A DNA stretch of 64,000 bases from a virus (IMGVR_UViG_3300028048_000002:1-64000); one strand, 5' to 3'; shown: positions 18,519 through 29,450, counted from the first letter of the stretch. Made by a program: numbers and translations. The notes: a model not told the origin generated them from the letters alone.

Positions 18519-20060
18519 TTACGGTAATTCTTGAGGATCAGAATATTCATAAATAGGCCTAACGTATTCAATGGTATCTTCCGAATTATCCAGATCTGGT
18601 CTAGAAATTACTTCTTCACCGTGTGTTGTGTAAATACGCTTAGTTGTTCTATAAGAATTTAAGCTATAAATACCCACTTCGTAATTTCTGCTTTCCATTT
18701 CTTGCTGTAAATAATTTGTACGTTTTAAAGGATAATAAATATCATGAACAATTCTGAATAAATCTTCAGATGTAATAGCAAGATCATTATCAATTTCATA
18801 TTCTGATAATGTAGATGAAATAGCATCTAATATAGCTTCATCTATACGTTCAGGGTCATCATCAACTTGATCTTGCCAAAGTTTTTTCAATATAGTGTCT
18901 ATTACCGGTATGTAAATACTATTTTCATCAGCATGAGGTAATATAGCACCTGTTTGATTTATCCATCTATGAAGATCTACGTTAGTGTAGTAAGTACTTT
19001 CCTTAAAAACACCATAAGAAGCTAAACCATAATCAGAAGGATATGTTTGATAATTGCAATCAAATACATCTTTCACATAGTTGAGCTTCATAGGGTTATC
19101 ATGATGATGATTATCATATCTGTAAGTTACATCAAAAATTTTAGTTAAATCCGATTGTGTAATTGGAAGTAATTCAGATTCATATGTATCAGAATCAACG
19201 TTAAAGATGTGATAAAGTTCATCATCAGTAATTCTATTTTCGTCTATTCCGTACAAGTTTAGATCAAACGGATATATTTTAGTAGCAGGTTCATGTCCAT
19301 ATAATTTTTCTCTAGAAACTAAATCTAGAAAAACTTCGTCAGCTTGAGGTACTCCCCAAGCGCTTTTATCCACATAAGTGAAAGCTTTAGGAATTTCGTT
19401 ATTATCTAAAATTCTACCGGTAGTAAAAAATCTATTCTCCGTTATAACCGTATCAATGCAATGCTGAATACTTGGAATTAATGATGTATTATCTACACGA
19501 TTGACGAGAACTTTTGAAGTTGACCTAAACTTACAATTTGAATTATCTATAAGCAAATAAGGGCTGATTATGCAATTTGCAGAACTTGTATCATTTGACC
19601 TTCTACATAATACCACAGAATCAACAAACCAAATATGCCCAGAAGCTTCAATAAACGGTTTTTGATATTCTTCAAGTTTTGTAGCTTTTACAGTACAATT
19701 TTCAAATCTAGTTACATTGCATTTAATATATTCTATTGTACAATTAGATTTAATTGTTACGCTTGTAGCTTCTAATTCATTAAATTTACATGATCCGGAT
19801 CCGTAAACTTGTATAGAATCTAACTTATAATAAGCACTTGTTGATGCTTGCTTAGAAAGTATAATATTTCCAGAAGTTATTTCAGAATTTCCATGAAGTA
19901 AAATTTTAAGATATACTATACTAGGATCTTCTATTGATAACTCTCCAATAAAATCACTCAATAAAAGCGTTAAAGCATTAGATTCTTCATCAATCACTGT
20001 AATATTACCATAATAATTGCTTAATCGAATATTAAATGATGATTGTAATGCTTCAGCCAT
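18519..20060 (-). CDS. hypothetical virion protein with repeated short helical motifs in the C-half
   Basis: Inside the baseplate module; ITDDELYHIF, ITQSDLTKIF, ITSEDLFRIV. Confidence 0.5.
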   Translation of the reverse strand: MAEALQSSFNIRLSNYYGNITVIDEESNALTLLLSDFIGELSIEDPSIVYLKILLHGNSEITSGNIILSKQASTSAYYKLDSIQVYGSGSCKFNELEATSVTIKSNCTIEYIKCNVTRFENCTVKATKLEEYQKPFIEASGHIWFVDSVVLCRRSNDTSSANCIISPYLLIDNSNCKFRSTSKVLVNRVDNTSLIPSIQHCIDTVITENRFFTTGRILDNNEIPKAFTYVDKSAWGVPQADEVFLDLVSREKLYGHEPATKIYPFDLNLYGIDENRITDDELYHIFNVDSDTYESELLPITQSDLTKIFDVTYRYDNHHHDNPMKLNYVKDVFDCNYQTYPSDYGLASYGVFKESTYYTNVDLHRWINQTGAILPHADENSIYIPVIDTILKKLWQDQVDDDPERIDEAILDAISSTLSEYEIDNDLAITSEDLFRIVHDIYYPLKRTNYLQQEMESRNYEVGIYSLNSYRTTKRIYTTHGEEVISRPDLDNSEDTIEYVRPIYEYSDPQELP

Positions 20061-20116
20061 TGAATTCCTATCATAATTACCTTTTGAAATTCAACCTGAT
20101 AGAAGGTTCTCCAGTA

Positions 20117-21385
20117 TTATTCAGAAGAACTGGTATCGTTTCCTTGATAGTCTAATTTAGATTCTATTGAAGTTTCAGTAAATATTACATCATTAATAGC
20201 AATAGCATCACCAATTTCACTCATTATTGGGTTAACTGCAGGTACAGGTTTAAGGATGTTAGGTACCGGATGTTCTTGACCTGTAGCTTCATCAGTTTCA
20301 AAAATGTGATTCAAAGCGTTCAACTCGTCTAACGTAGTTACATCAGGAGTTATATCTAATTCTTGCTTCCTATCATAACGCAGATTATATGCAGGAGAAT
20401 CGGCAAACGGAGGTCTAAGATAAGATTTCGGATTTACAACGGTAACATCATCTCTAGTAACATAATAGCGTTCATCTGAATATCTATCATCTTGTTTTTG
20501 AGGACCATATCCTAATGAGAATAGTGGGTCTATTAAAGATTTTACAACATGTTCATTATTGCACATTTGCAAAGAGTATAAAGCTCTATAACCTGGATCA
20601 ATGCGTTTATCGAATTCTAATTCAAAATCAGGGTTTGTATCCCAACTACCTTTACGCCTATCAGTAGTAGCTACGTGCATACTTGACATAGTATCACTTG
20701 ATTGTACTTTTTGCATACGAGCATAATCATCTCTAGAATATGGAGCAACATGAGTTGGACCCAAAGACTCCCAATATTCGTTTTTATTTGTAAGTCTTGC
20801 ATCTACTGAAATCTTTGTTCTAGCATCAAACCTAACTCCTGCAGTTTGAAACAGATACATACCTAAAGGTCTTACATATTCAATGCAAGCGTCTATAGGT
20901 TTTTCAGTAGAAAAATATACAACATCTATATAACCCTCACGAGTATGTGGAGTTACAGTTACAGAATTTACAGGAATTGAAGTATCTTCTAATCTATTAT
21001 ATAGAATGTCTTTTCCCTCTACAATGTTACCTTCGTCATCTTCATATCCTGCTCCATAGCTAATTAGATTAAATTGAGCTAAATTTGTTTCAGCAGCAAA
21101 AGTTACCCCTGTTTGACTACCTTTACGTTTGATCATCTTCATGAAGTTTAAAATTACAAGACGATTAAAACTGGCAGGTAGTCTGTTATCATATTTATAC
21201 CCAATAGTATCTCCTAAAAGCCATAACAGCTCTTCCTTACATTTCAGAGGGTCGTAAATATCGATTAAATGCTCAGTATCATATTTGATCTTTGTTAAAC
21301 ATTCCCAGAACCATTTTAGAAAAAATCTGAAATCCCAACTTTCTTCTACATATACTTCTGGAACTGGAATATCTTTAAATCTCAT
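20117..21385 (-). CDS. baseplate wedge protein (P2 gpI / T4 gp7-like)
   Basis: YDPLKCKEELLWLLGDTIGY...KRKGSQTG; follows the J-like gene. Confidence 0.75.
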   Translation of the reverse strand: MRFKDIPVPEVYVEESWDFRFFLKWFWECLTKIKYDTEHLIDIYDPLKCKEELLWLLGDTIGYKYDNRLPASFNRLVILNFMKMIKRKGSQTGVTFAAETNLAQFNLISYGAGYEDDEGNIVEGKDILYNRLEDTSIPVNSVTVTPHTREGYIDVVYFSTEKPIDACIEYVRPLGMYLFQTAGVRFDARTKISVDARLTNKNEYWESLGPTHVAPYSRDDYARMQKVQSSDTMSSMHVATTDRRKGSWDTNPDFELEFDKRIDPGYRALYSLQMCNNEHVVKSLIDPLFSLGYGPQKQDDRYSDERYYVTRDDVTVVNPKSYLRPPFADSPAYNLRYDRKQELDITPDVTTLDELNALNHIFETDEATGQEHPVPNILKPVPAVNPIMSEIGDAIAINDVIFTETSIESKLDYQGNDTSSSE

Positions 21386-21400
21386 ATCAAAACTTCCTAA

Positions 21401-23296
21401 TTAATCAACAATGTATAAAGGATTAACTCTGATATCTGAAGTTGTATTGGAAGGCGGATTGTATCGACAGAAAGATATAGGATTCATATATTCGATGTCA
21501 CAACCGTAAAATTCAACCCCGAAAGATTTAGGAGAACCTGGGTCAAAATGCCTTATTCTAATATCACAATTTTCAATAGTATCTACAACATCCATGATTG
21601 TCGGTTTTCTACCAATGTCAAAATTAGAAGGAGCAAAATACAGACGAAGAGCTTCTTTAGCTGTTTCAATTAAAATTTTAGCTACTTCAGAAGATACAGG
21701 TTTAGTAGGTGTAATAGTTCCGATTACATAGAAGTTAAAAATTCTTAGATATCCAAATTGTATTTCTACAGACATTGCTTGAAGCGGTTTGTAATCTCGA
21801 ATAACATTATCTATAAAAGTTGCAGGTGGTTTGTATCTTATGAATTTTGTATTCTTCTTTATCTGTACCTTAGAAGTTTGACCATCACCGTATCTTGAAG
21901 GCAAGAAGTCATTATGTATAGCAAAACACATTGCGGTATACGTCTGAAAATTAGAAGCAAATACAAATTTGTTTGGATCAGTTGGATCAAACCCTAAGTT
22001 AAGAACAGTTTCCCAATCATATATAGGCTTACCTGCAGGAAAATCTTGATTTGTGATATACATTTTCTGCTTCTGAGCATCTGTAAGATTTTCATCTTTA
22101 TAAATTGCTAGATTAATTTCAAGAGCTTTTTGACAATCTAACACTACTCCGGTATCTACTCCAGCTTCACGCTTCAAGAATCTCGTATAATCAGGTAACG
22201 TTACCAAACTTTCCCAAGTATTTATGTAATTTCTACTATTTCTATAAGCTTCTTTTGCAGTTTCAGGACTTTTACCTGTTACCGTATATGTATGAGGTAA
22301 TTCTACAGTATTAGATAAATTAGATATTCCAATATCTCCAGACTCAGAACTGGGTAAATTTTGCCCTGATTTTGCAAATAATAGATTTGAAAGAACGTTT
22401 TCACCAACGCACCCAATTACACCAGAACAATCAATCCAATATACAGTAAGCCAATTTCCGTCATAATTTTCTAACTGGTTTAAATAATTAGAAATTTGAA
22501 TTTGTGCGTTAGAATACGAATCAAATGTAACAGCAAATCTTGGTTCTGGGTCGATAAAATCTGCAGGACTTTCTACTTGTATCCATCTAGTTTCTATAAA
22601 GTCTGTAGAATACTGAGAGGTACTAGCTTTAATCCATAACGCTGTAGTGTCAACATGTTGTGAAGGTAAAGATATAATATAATTATTAGCTTTAATTTGT
22701 GCTACAGATATTGAATATGATCTAAGTTCACCTTCAATAGCTACACGAGTAACAGATTCATTAGGATTTAACGTTACTTTATCGGTTTCAGCAAATACAT
22801 CTAGATTGTCTGTTATAACAGACCTAATGCTTCTAGATTCAGTATCACCGTATCCGCTAGTTCGAGGTATTATGTTATATGTAATAACTCTTGATTGATT
22901 TGTAATATCTGTATATGCGTTTAACGTGCAGAAATTTGATCCATTATACCCGAAATCTAATTCAATTGGTGTATCAAGGTTATTAGTAAACGTACATTCA
23001 GTTTTAGCAGCTGTGAAGAAACCAAGATTATACCCAATAAGCGCAAATAACTTTTCAGCATTTTTTCTTTGAGATACACTAGGTGCATACATCTCATTTA
23101 CAGCCCAGTCTAAATTAACCCCTAACATGTCAGCAATTGACGCTAAATAACGGCCTAGCACAACACCAGGATCGGCATCAGCTTCAGGTTTCCACAAATC
23201 AGTGAGTTTTGGTACTAATTCCCAAAACTCTTTAACCAGAGAATTATAATCTCTAGATGTATAACTAATTAAACCATTTTGATAATCCTCTGACAT
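21401..23296 (-). CDS. baseplate wedge subunit (T4 gp6 / P2 gpJ-like)
   Basis: YTSRDYNSL...DPGVVL...NEMY...LIGY; G..PET...LVTLPDY. Confidence 0.85.
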   Translation of the reverse strand: MSEDYQNGLISYTSRDYNSLVKEFWELVPKLTDLWKPEADADPGVVLGRYLASIADMLGVNLDWAVNEMYAPSVSQRKNAEKLFALIGYNLGFFTAAKTECTFTNNLDTPIELDFGYNGSNFCTLNAYTDITNQSRVITYNIIPRTSGYGDTESRSIRSVITDNLDVFAETDKVTLNPNESVTRVAIEGELRSYSISVAQIKANNYIISLPSQHVDTTALWIKASTSQYSTDFIETRWIQVESPADFIDPEPRFAVTFDSYSNAQIQISNYLNQLENYDGNWLTVYWIDCSGVIGCVGENVLSNLLFAKSGQNLPSSESGDIGISNLSNTVELPHTYTVTGKSPETAKEAYRNSRNYINTWESLVTLPDYTRFLKREAGVDTGVVLDCQKALEINLAIYKDENLTDAQKQKMYITNQDFPAGKPIYDWETVLNLGFDPTDPNKFVFASNFQTYTAMCFAIHNDFLPSRYGDGQTSKVQIKKNTKFIRYKPPATFIDNVIRDYKPLQAMSVEIQFGYLRIFNFYVIGTITPTKPVSSEVAKILIETAKEALRLYFAPSNFDIGRKPTIMDVVDTIENCDIRIRHFDPGSPKSFGVEFYGCDIEYMNPISFCRYNPPSNTTSDIRVNPLYIVD

Positions 23297-23339
23297 GCTT
23301 GCACCTCTTAAAATTATAAATTCAAATTAAAGTATAACA

Positions 23340-23380
23340 GATATATTTGATTTAAGATTATCTTAAATCAAGTGTATATC
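23340..23380. repeat. intergenic palindrome (hairpin or operator)
   Basis: ttgatttaagat-t-atcttaaatcaa core with extended imperfect arms. Confidence 0.6.
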
Positions 23381-23396
23381 CTTAATTTATGAAACA

Positions 23397-24083
23397 TTAC
23401 TTAGAGCTGGTTTCTAAACAGCTAGTCAATTTATTAATTTCTGTATCAAAAGACAATTCACAATACTTGTAATATGCATCTTTATAATCTTTAAATCTTT
23501 TAGAATCATATTCTTTTTCAATAACAGAAGGAATCTGAGGTAAAGTTGTATCCGAATTCATAAGTTCAGTTGATATTATATTACTCTCAGAATTAAGAAG
23601 TTTATCTAACTCTTTAGAACTTGCTTCTAGATGATCTAGAGTCTCATCTATACCTTCCTGTTCATATCCAAAAAACGTACTTTCATATAAATATGAAGCT
23701 AAAACTTCGTCTAATACAGATTGTGTTATGTCTAGATCTGCAATATAGAACCCTGCTGTCTCAGAAATATGAGAAAGAGAGTAACTATAAGTTAGCACTA
23801 TATCATCATGTAATTCTGATTGCTTTACACATGCAACTTCAGTAGCTAAAAAATCATTATCTGGAATAAAATATGCGAATAGTATATATTCATCTTCTAT
23901 AGAGGTTAACTCTGTAGTTTGAATTTTATCTATCAAATTAAGTAATTTTATATTTCTATCGTTTATTAATTCAGAACAAGTAGAGGTATATCCTAATGAA
24001 GCAGAAATAGGGTATAAGTTATTATACAGAGATATAAGCTCTTCAACATTACACTCTCTAAAATATTGTTGAACGGTTTTCAT
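23397..24083 (-). CDS. hypothetical protein inserted in the baseplate module
   Basis: ORF track; YSYSLS...VLASYLYESTFFGYEQE; no structural-protein hallmarks. Confidence 0.6.
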   Translation of the reverse strand: MKTVQQYFRECNVEELISLYNNLYPISASLGYTSTCSELINDRNIKLLNLIDKIQTTELTSIEDEYILFAYFIPDNDFLATEVACVKQSELHDDIVLTYSYSLSHISETAGFYIADLDITQSVLDEVLASYLYESTFFGYEQEGIDETLDHLEASSKELDKLLNSESNIISTELMNSDTTLPQIPSVIEKEYDSKRFKDYKDAYYKYCELSFDTEINKLTSCLETSSK

Positions 24084-24105
24084 TGGACATCCTTGTTATC
24101 AGAAT

Positions 24106-24501
24106 CTAAGAAAAGTTTATGTTTACAGTTGCACCGAAAATAGTTTCAATAGCGATTGTCATTTCTAATCTATTATATTTCTGTTCGTAATCATCATTAG
24201 GACTACCTGTAAATAGATTACCATCAGCAAATTGAGTGTGATCTGGGTTGCATTGTGGCTCATGTATTCTTAGTTGCTCAACAATTCGTGATTGTATCAT
24301 AGCTTTTTCGTTTTCTGTATTATATTTGAATAAGTGACGTTTTAACCCGACTCCTTGATTGGGTTCATTATAGACTTCGGTAGGCTCAGTTAAAATCAAT
24401 AATCTAGAACGATTTACTACAGATTTATCATCTTCTAATACTGCTACAGTATTATGAGCTACATCTATCATTTTTGGAAAAGCTAAACTAGATGTTTTCA
24501 T
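24106..24501 (-). CDS. baseplate gp25 / P2 gpW-like protein
   Basis: LLILTEPTEVYNEPNQGVGLKRHLF...LRIHEP. Confidence 0.8.
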   Translation of the reverse strand: MKTSSLAFPKMIDVAHNTVAVLEDDKSVVNRSRLLILTEPTEVYNEPNQGVGLKRHLFKYNTENEKAMIQSRIVEQLRIHEPQCNPDHTQFADGNLFTGSPNDDYEQKYNRLEMTIAIETIFGATVNINFS

Positions 24502-24510
24502 GTGATATCC

Positions 24511-24801
24511 TTACGAAAAAGCTACAGGTGAATATTGACCGCCAGTTAACCCTAATACAATAAAATCTGTTTTTGATTCAGAAATAGACATCAAAGCTAC
24601 AACTTCATTAGTATTTGGATTATGCGGCATTAATAATGCGGGATACCAAGGCAAATTTTCATCTTTTATGTAATTGGTAATTTTCTTACCTTGGTAATCT
24701 CTTTGATCTATTGGACCATGGATATTTGGAATACGCACTTGAACGTACATTTCACCTGTATTTGCATACATGTAACTTTTTGCATAACCGAAAACAATCA
24801 T
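24511..24801 (-). CDS. stand-alone OB-fold of the baseplate spike (gp5 N-terminal-like)
   Basis: VQVRIPNIHG...LPWY...P....V.....FIVLG; no beta-helix or lysozyme attached. Confidence 0.6.
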   Translation of the reverse strand: MIVFGYAKSYMYANTGEMYVQVRIPNIHGPIDQRDYQGKKITNYIKDENLPWYPALLMPHNPNTNEVVALMSISESKTDFIVLGLTGGQYSPVAFS

Positions 24802-24844
24802 GAAAAACTTCCTTAAATAGCATGTTATCAAACGTATTAAAGGA

Positions 24845-26809
24845 TTATCCTTGATACATTACAAAAATCATACCAGCTTGAACATTACCCTCTTTAACTA
24901 CTTCACCATCACAAGGTGCATGTATCATTTTGTTATCTCCAATATACAAGCCACAATGGCCACTATTTACGCATACATCACCAGGTTGAGGTGAAGAAGT
25001 TTGAGGCCATCCCATAAAAGTACCCGTAGTACCTAGACGTATATGCTGACCAGACAAACAATAACTAACTAGTCCTGAACAATCATATGAACCAGGACCA
25101 ACAGCGCCCCATTGATATGGCTTACCGCATTCTTGATATGCACGTTCAACATATTTCTTCCTATTACCGGAAAGATTTTTAAGATTTACACTATTAAATT
25201 TTGAATTTCCCGATCCATCTTTATTAGTAACAATCTGAGTTATCTGACTAAAGTACTCTTCAGCTTTACCTTGACGTTGAATTGACTTTGCATCGACATT
25301 TGCAGGTCTTTCAAATTGTCTACAAAACATGTCTGCAGCATTTTTAGCTCCCGAAGCGGAATTCTGCACACCTTTTAACGCTGATAATAACGAACCATAT
25401 GAATTTTCTAATTCGTACCATAAATAATCTAGCTGTCCTGACATATTATTCGACCAATTAGCTCCTGCCATGCGTTTCATAGCATCTCCACGCTCGTAAT
25501 GCCATTGACAAATACCAAAAGATGTACCATTATCTCCGATGGCAGCAGTATCGAAAGAACTTTCGTAATAAATATTTCCAGCAACTCCACACGCACCTGC
25601 GTTATTTAACCCTTTATCTACAAGATATTTAATAACATTTCTGACTTTAGAATCTAACTTACTATAATCATATTCACCAGATATGTCAGATTCCGAAGAA
25701 CTTGCACTAGGAGCTCCAATCTCCCAAAACGTTTGAAATAACTCTGTATAGTTAACAATAGACAGTTTTATAGCAGTTGGTTTTTCAGTGGGTTCGTATT
25801 CTTTTATTTTCTTTTTGTTTTTAGGTTCGTATATAGGTTTAAGATATGCAGCTTCTCGAAGAATAGCATCTTCACGAGTGTTTAAATCAGAAAATAGATC
25901 TCCTACAAATCCTCCACCGCTAGAACCTCCAGACAATCCTCCCACTTTTTCCCAATCAGGTGTGCAAAAACAAGCTAAAACAGAAGAAGATCTAGGATAA
26001 GAGCACGTTTTAACAACATCACCACTATTACCCTCAATAGTATGTACTGTTCCGTCTTTAAGTTCTGTTACTATACCAATATGGTCTGCATACCCTCCAG
26101 AAATTGCACCACCATTCCACATGAAGTTGATTAAATCCCCACGTTGAGGAGAGTATGATTTTTCATTATGAACTGTACCACCGTATTTTTCTACACTATG
26201 CGCACACGCATAAGCAGAGGGGGACATATCGAAAACTTTACCCGTAATTCCAACTTCTTCACCACACACAGATACAAAGTCCGCACACCATACTCCCGGA
26301 TGATACCAATTCGGATGCTTAGCTGCCCAACCGCCACCGTTGGTACCTTTATAACTTAGAGCTTTCTGCACAAACTCCTCACACTTATTTACACCTGAAT
26401 CCCCTCCACCACCACCGTTATCATATTTTTCTAAATTATGAGATTTTATGATAGCTTTTACAGCACTATAATATCCTGAAGTATCGTCATTTCCTAAATA
26501 ATGAGAATTCTTAAAAGCTTGATGATATTGATCTAACGTTTTTGCGTTTTTTGCTTCAGAAGATCTACCTAATACGGTCAAAGTATAGTACCCTTTGATG
26601 CACTCATCCCATGAACTAAATCGTTTATGTGGACCTATACCTAAAACATTATGCAAATTTACCGCATCATAAGATTCACCCCACCCACTTTCATAACAAC
26701 TTTGAGCAATCGCGAAACTTATGATAGTAAACCCATATTGTTTTCCGTATTTTTGCCAAGAAGGAATTACAGAATTTAGAAATTTTTTCTGTTGAGCAGT
26801 ATCAGCCAT
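24845..26809 (-). CDS. multi-domain tail peptidoglycan hydrolase: GH73-like + CHAP + phage tail lysozyme + NlpC/P60
   Basis: AQSCYESGWG...NVLGI; WCADFVS...HIGIV...IEGNS; GNIYYESS...GICQW...FERP; PYQWG...DCSGLV...HCGLY. Confidence 0.88.
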   Translation of the reverse strand: MADTAQQKKFLNSVIPSWQKYGKQYGFTIISFAIAQSCYESGWGESYDAVNLHNVLGIGPHKRFSSWDECIKGYYTLTVLGRSSEAKNAKTLDQYHQAFKNSHYLGNDDTSGYYSAVKAIIKSHNLEKYDNGGGGGDSGVNKCEEFVQKALSYKGTNGGGWAAKHPNWYHPGVWCADFVSVCGEEVGITGKVFDMSPSAYACAHSVEKYGGTVHNEKSYSPQRGDLINFMWNGGAISGGYADHIGIVTELKDGTVHTIEGNSGDVVKTCSYPRSSSVLACFCTPDWEKVGGLSGGSSGGGFVGDLFSDLNTREDAILREAAYLKPIYEPKNKKKIKEYEPTEKPTAIKLSIVNYTELFQTFWEIGAPSASSSESDISGEYDYSKLDSKVRNVIKYLVDKGLNNAGACGVAGNIYYESSFDTAAIGDNGTSFGICQWHYERGDAMKRMAGANWSNNMSGQLDYLWYELENSYGSLLSALKGVQNSASGAKNAADMFCRQFERPANVDAKSIQRQGKAEEYFSQITQIVTNKDGSGNSKFNSVNLKNLSGNRKKYVERAYQECGKPYQWGAVGPGSYDCSGLVSYCLSGQHIRLGTTGTFMGWPQTSSPQPGDVCVNSGHCGLYIGDNKMIHAPCDGEVVKEGNVQAGMIFVMYQG

Positions 26810-26830
26810 ACCTATAATCCCCTATAGCTC

Positions 26831-28882
26831 TTATGGATAATGTACATAAACATCGATGTTTCCTTCTGGGCAATGATCATAAAATTTACCTTTGCCAAAA
26901 GGTGTAGAAATTGTATCTCCCTTTTGCCATCTTCCGTTAGCTGGTTTAGCAAGTACGATGAATCCATCACCGTCCATTACATATCCTTGCCCATTCTTAC
27001 CACCTGCAACGTGCCTACCTGGAATATTTAAACCTCCACCAGGTAGAATAGTTTCAGAATAATAAGTAAATTTATATCCAGCAGTTTGACCAGTTCCTTG
27101 AACTACACCAGCGCTCATGAAATCATAGAAACTCATAGTAGCACCTGTAGGACCTGCTGAAGACGATGATGACGAAGAAGCTGTCTTTAACTTCTTGCCC
27201 ATTTTTCTAAGATCTTGATTGTTAGGCCATACCCAACCTATGTAGCCTTTAATACCTCTACAAGTAGCATCCATGCTTTTAGTCCAGTCATCAATGCTTG
27301 CATTGATTCTTCTACCTCCTGCATTTTCTACAACTCTACCACCTGTAAGCATGATACCTACATGTCCGTATATAGAACCTGGAGCCCCATATCCTGAACC
27401 TACAACAACAGCACCTGGGGGTGCGTTTTTGCCTGTACCTCCGCTACTTTTCCAATTGGTCCAAAAATCTATAGCGTTACCACCTGGGCGAGTTAAACCT
27501 GCTTTTTGATATACGTCAGAAACAAATGCTGCGCACATATTCATAACCAAATTTAACCCACTGCCGGTTTCAGCAATATCGCATACCTTTTTTTGTATAT
27601 CAGTTTCTAATTCTGAACTATCGGAATCACCGGAATTGCCAGATGCTAAAGAAAGATTAGCTGCACCTTCAAAATCGGGTTCAATTAAAGCTTCTTCATC
27701 TTTAGGATTTTCGTAACGGAAGAAATCAGGAGTAGGCAAATTGTGTATGTTATCTACTGATTTTAGATGTCTATCCATCCACCAATACCATTCTTCACAG
27801 ACATCCTTCCAGTTAAATTTTTCTAATTCTTCTTTTTTACAATAAAATCCAACTTGATCATAAAATCCCAACTTAAGTAATGCATCATAATAAGATTTAA
27901 CTAGTTTATCGTTAGCTTTTTTATTTGTAGTATGAAACGATGGTATCAACCACAAGCCCATATCCGGTGGATATTTTAAAACTGCTAATCGAATTTCATA
28001 CAGTTCTTTAAGTATTTCCGCTTCAGTTTTAGCTCTGATATGCGTAGATAACCCAATAGTCATACCCGCATCTTTAAACATCTTATATTGTTTATCTAAT
28101 TTAGGATTTCTAAAAACTTTAGCTTCTAAATGATTAACAGTATAAAACGAACCCATATCAATGCATGCACCGATTACATCAAAATCTTTTAACTTTTCTA
28201 CATCTAAATCAGGTGTATTCTGATCAATGCTAATTATAAAGGGGTAAATATCTTCTTGAGCGAAAAGTATATCATTATTGATACCTACAGCATAAGCTAC
28301 TGCAGGGTCAGAAATTACATAAGTTTCTCCAGAACCTCCAGAAGAATCTGAAGCATCTCCAGAATATACAGTATCTCCGTTAGTTATCTGTTTATGTAAT
28401 TTCTTCCAAGCAGCATCTCCACCAGCTCCTGAAGGTGTATAATACCAAGGACAGGGTTTTCTTGATGCATCATAATGCCTTACTACATGATCTGCAGATA
28501 CATTAAACTGCTTCATCAAATACTGAACTAAATATGTTAATCTATCAATTTCTTTTGCAGAATATGGAGCGTTTTCAGGAGGTGCAGCTACTTCTATTCC
28601 TACACTGTTTTGATTAGTTATACCATATTGTCCGTTACCATCTCCGCAATGATAACAGCAATTTGCTGCAGGATCTGCGTATTCATATATTACGCTTTCA
28701 TCTAAAATGTAATGAGCACTTGCGTTTCTACCAGCAGAGCCTCCTTTAAAATAATCTAAGTTCCCTTTAGCTCCGCTTTCTCTACTACCTCCAGCTGTAT
28801 AATGAACAACAATAAATTTTACAGAACCCGTACGAGGTTCCATACTAGCAGTTCCATGACTTTTTGTTATAGAATAAGCCAT
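26831..28882 (-). CDS. multi-domain tail peptidoglycan hydrolase: Amidase_2 + degenerate GH25-like barrel + CHAP-like + 3D-like domain
   Basis: IVVHYT...SAHY...GIE...RHYD...CP; CAAFVS...YGHVGI...VEN; TYY...FYDHCPEGNIDVYV. The GH25-like call is weak. Confidence 0.8.
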   Translation of the reverse strand: MAYSITKSHGTASMEPRTGSVKFIVVHYTAGGSRESGAKGNLDYFKGGSAGRNASAHYILDESVIYEYADPAANCCYHCGDGNGQYGITNQNSVGIEVAAPPENAPYSAKEIDRLTYLVQYLMKQFNVSADHVVRHYDASRKPCPWYYTPSGAGGDAAWKKLHKQITNGDTVYSGDASDSSGGSGETYVISDPAVAYAVGINNDILFAQEDIYPFIISIDQNTPDLDVEKLKDFDVIGACIDMGSFYTVNHLEAKVFRNPKLDKQYKMFKDAGMTIGLSTHIRAKTEAEILKELYEIRLAVLKYPPDMGLWLIPSFHTTNKKANDKLVKSYYDALLKLGFYDQVGFYCKKEELEKFNWKDVCEEWYWWMDRHLKSVDNIHNLPTPDFFRYENPKDEEALIEPDFEGAANLSLASGNSGDSDSSELETDIQKKVCDIAETGSGLNLVMNMCAAFVSDVYQKAGLTRPGGNAIDFWTNWKSSGGTGKNAPPGAVVVGSGYGAPGSIYGHVGIMLTGGRVVENAGGRRINASIDDWTKSMDATCRGIKGYIGWVWPNNQDLRKMGKKLKTASSSSSSSAGPTGATMSFYDFMSAGVVQGTGQTAGYKFTYYSETILPGGGLNIPGRHVAGGKNGQGYVMDGDGFIVLAKPANGRWQKGDTISTPFGKGKFYDHCPEGNIDVYVHYP

Positions 28883-28883
28883 A

Positions 28884-29450
28884 TTACTTTAAATCATCTA
28901 GCAAATCGGAGTTCAAAAAAGCATATTGATCATTACCAGAAAAGAAATCTTCGTCAATGTCTTTTAGAACTTGATATGCTTTCCACCTTTCATCTGAATC
29001 ATCTGTTTTTCGTATATAAGAGTTATCAAATACTACGTTACCTTCCAGTATAAGCATAGGATCATGTTTATACATATAGTAACTTACAGTAGCGCAAAAA
29101 AATACTCTGAAACTCGGATAAATAGGTTCAGATGTTAAATATTCAAAATGAACATATTTATCGGCAATTCCGATATTTTGATTATACTCAACAAGCTGCC
29201 CTGCTTCTATTGATACTTCTTTCAAATGCGTATATCTGATGCAAATATTTTGACTATATTGTATTGTACACGAAGGTTTATTAGAAACTAGACCTGTAAA
29301 GATGCACACACCTTGACAAGGCGTATATAAAGTTGTAGCTTTAATATCTACACCAGTATGATAAACTTTAGAACCTGTTTTTACATCGTATTCTTTTAAT
29401 ATTTCAGAATCTTCATGTGTAATTACACAATTTGTAATTATTCTACCCAT
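28884..29450 (-). CDS. M23 metallopeptidase-like protein
   Basis: HTGVD, YTHL...V.I..GQ.V...IG, HFE, DP. The first His of the HxH motif is replaced (YVHFE). Confidence 0.65.
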   Translation of the reverse strand: MGRIITNCVITHEDSEILKEYDVKTGSKVYHTGVDIKATTLYTPCQGVCIFTGLVSNKPSCTIQYSQNICIRYTHLKEVSIEAGQLVEYNQNIGIADKYVHFEYLTSEPIYPSFRVFFCATVSYYMYKHDPMLILEGNVVFDNSYIRKTDDSDERWKAYQVLKDIDEDFFSGNDQYAFLNSDLLDDLK

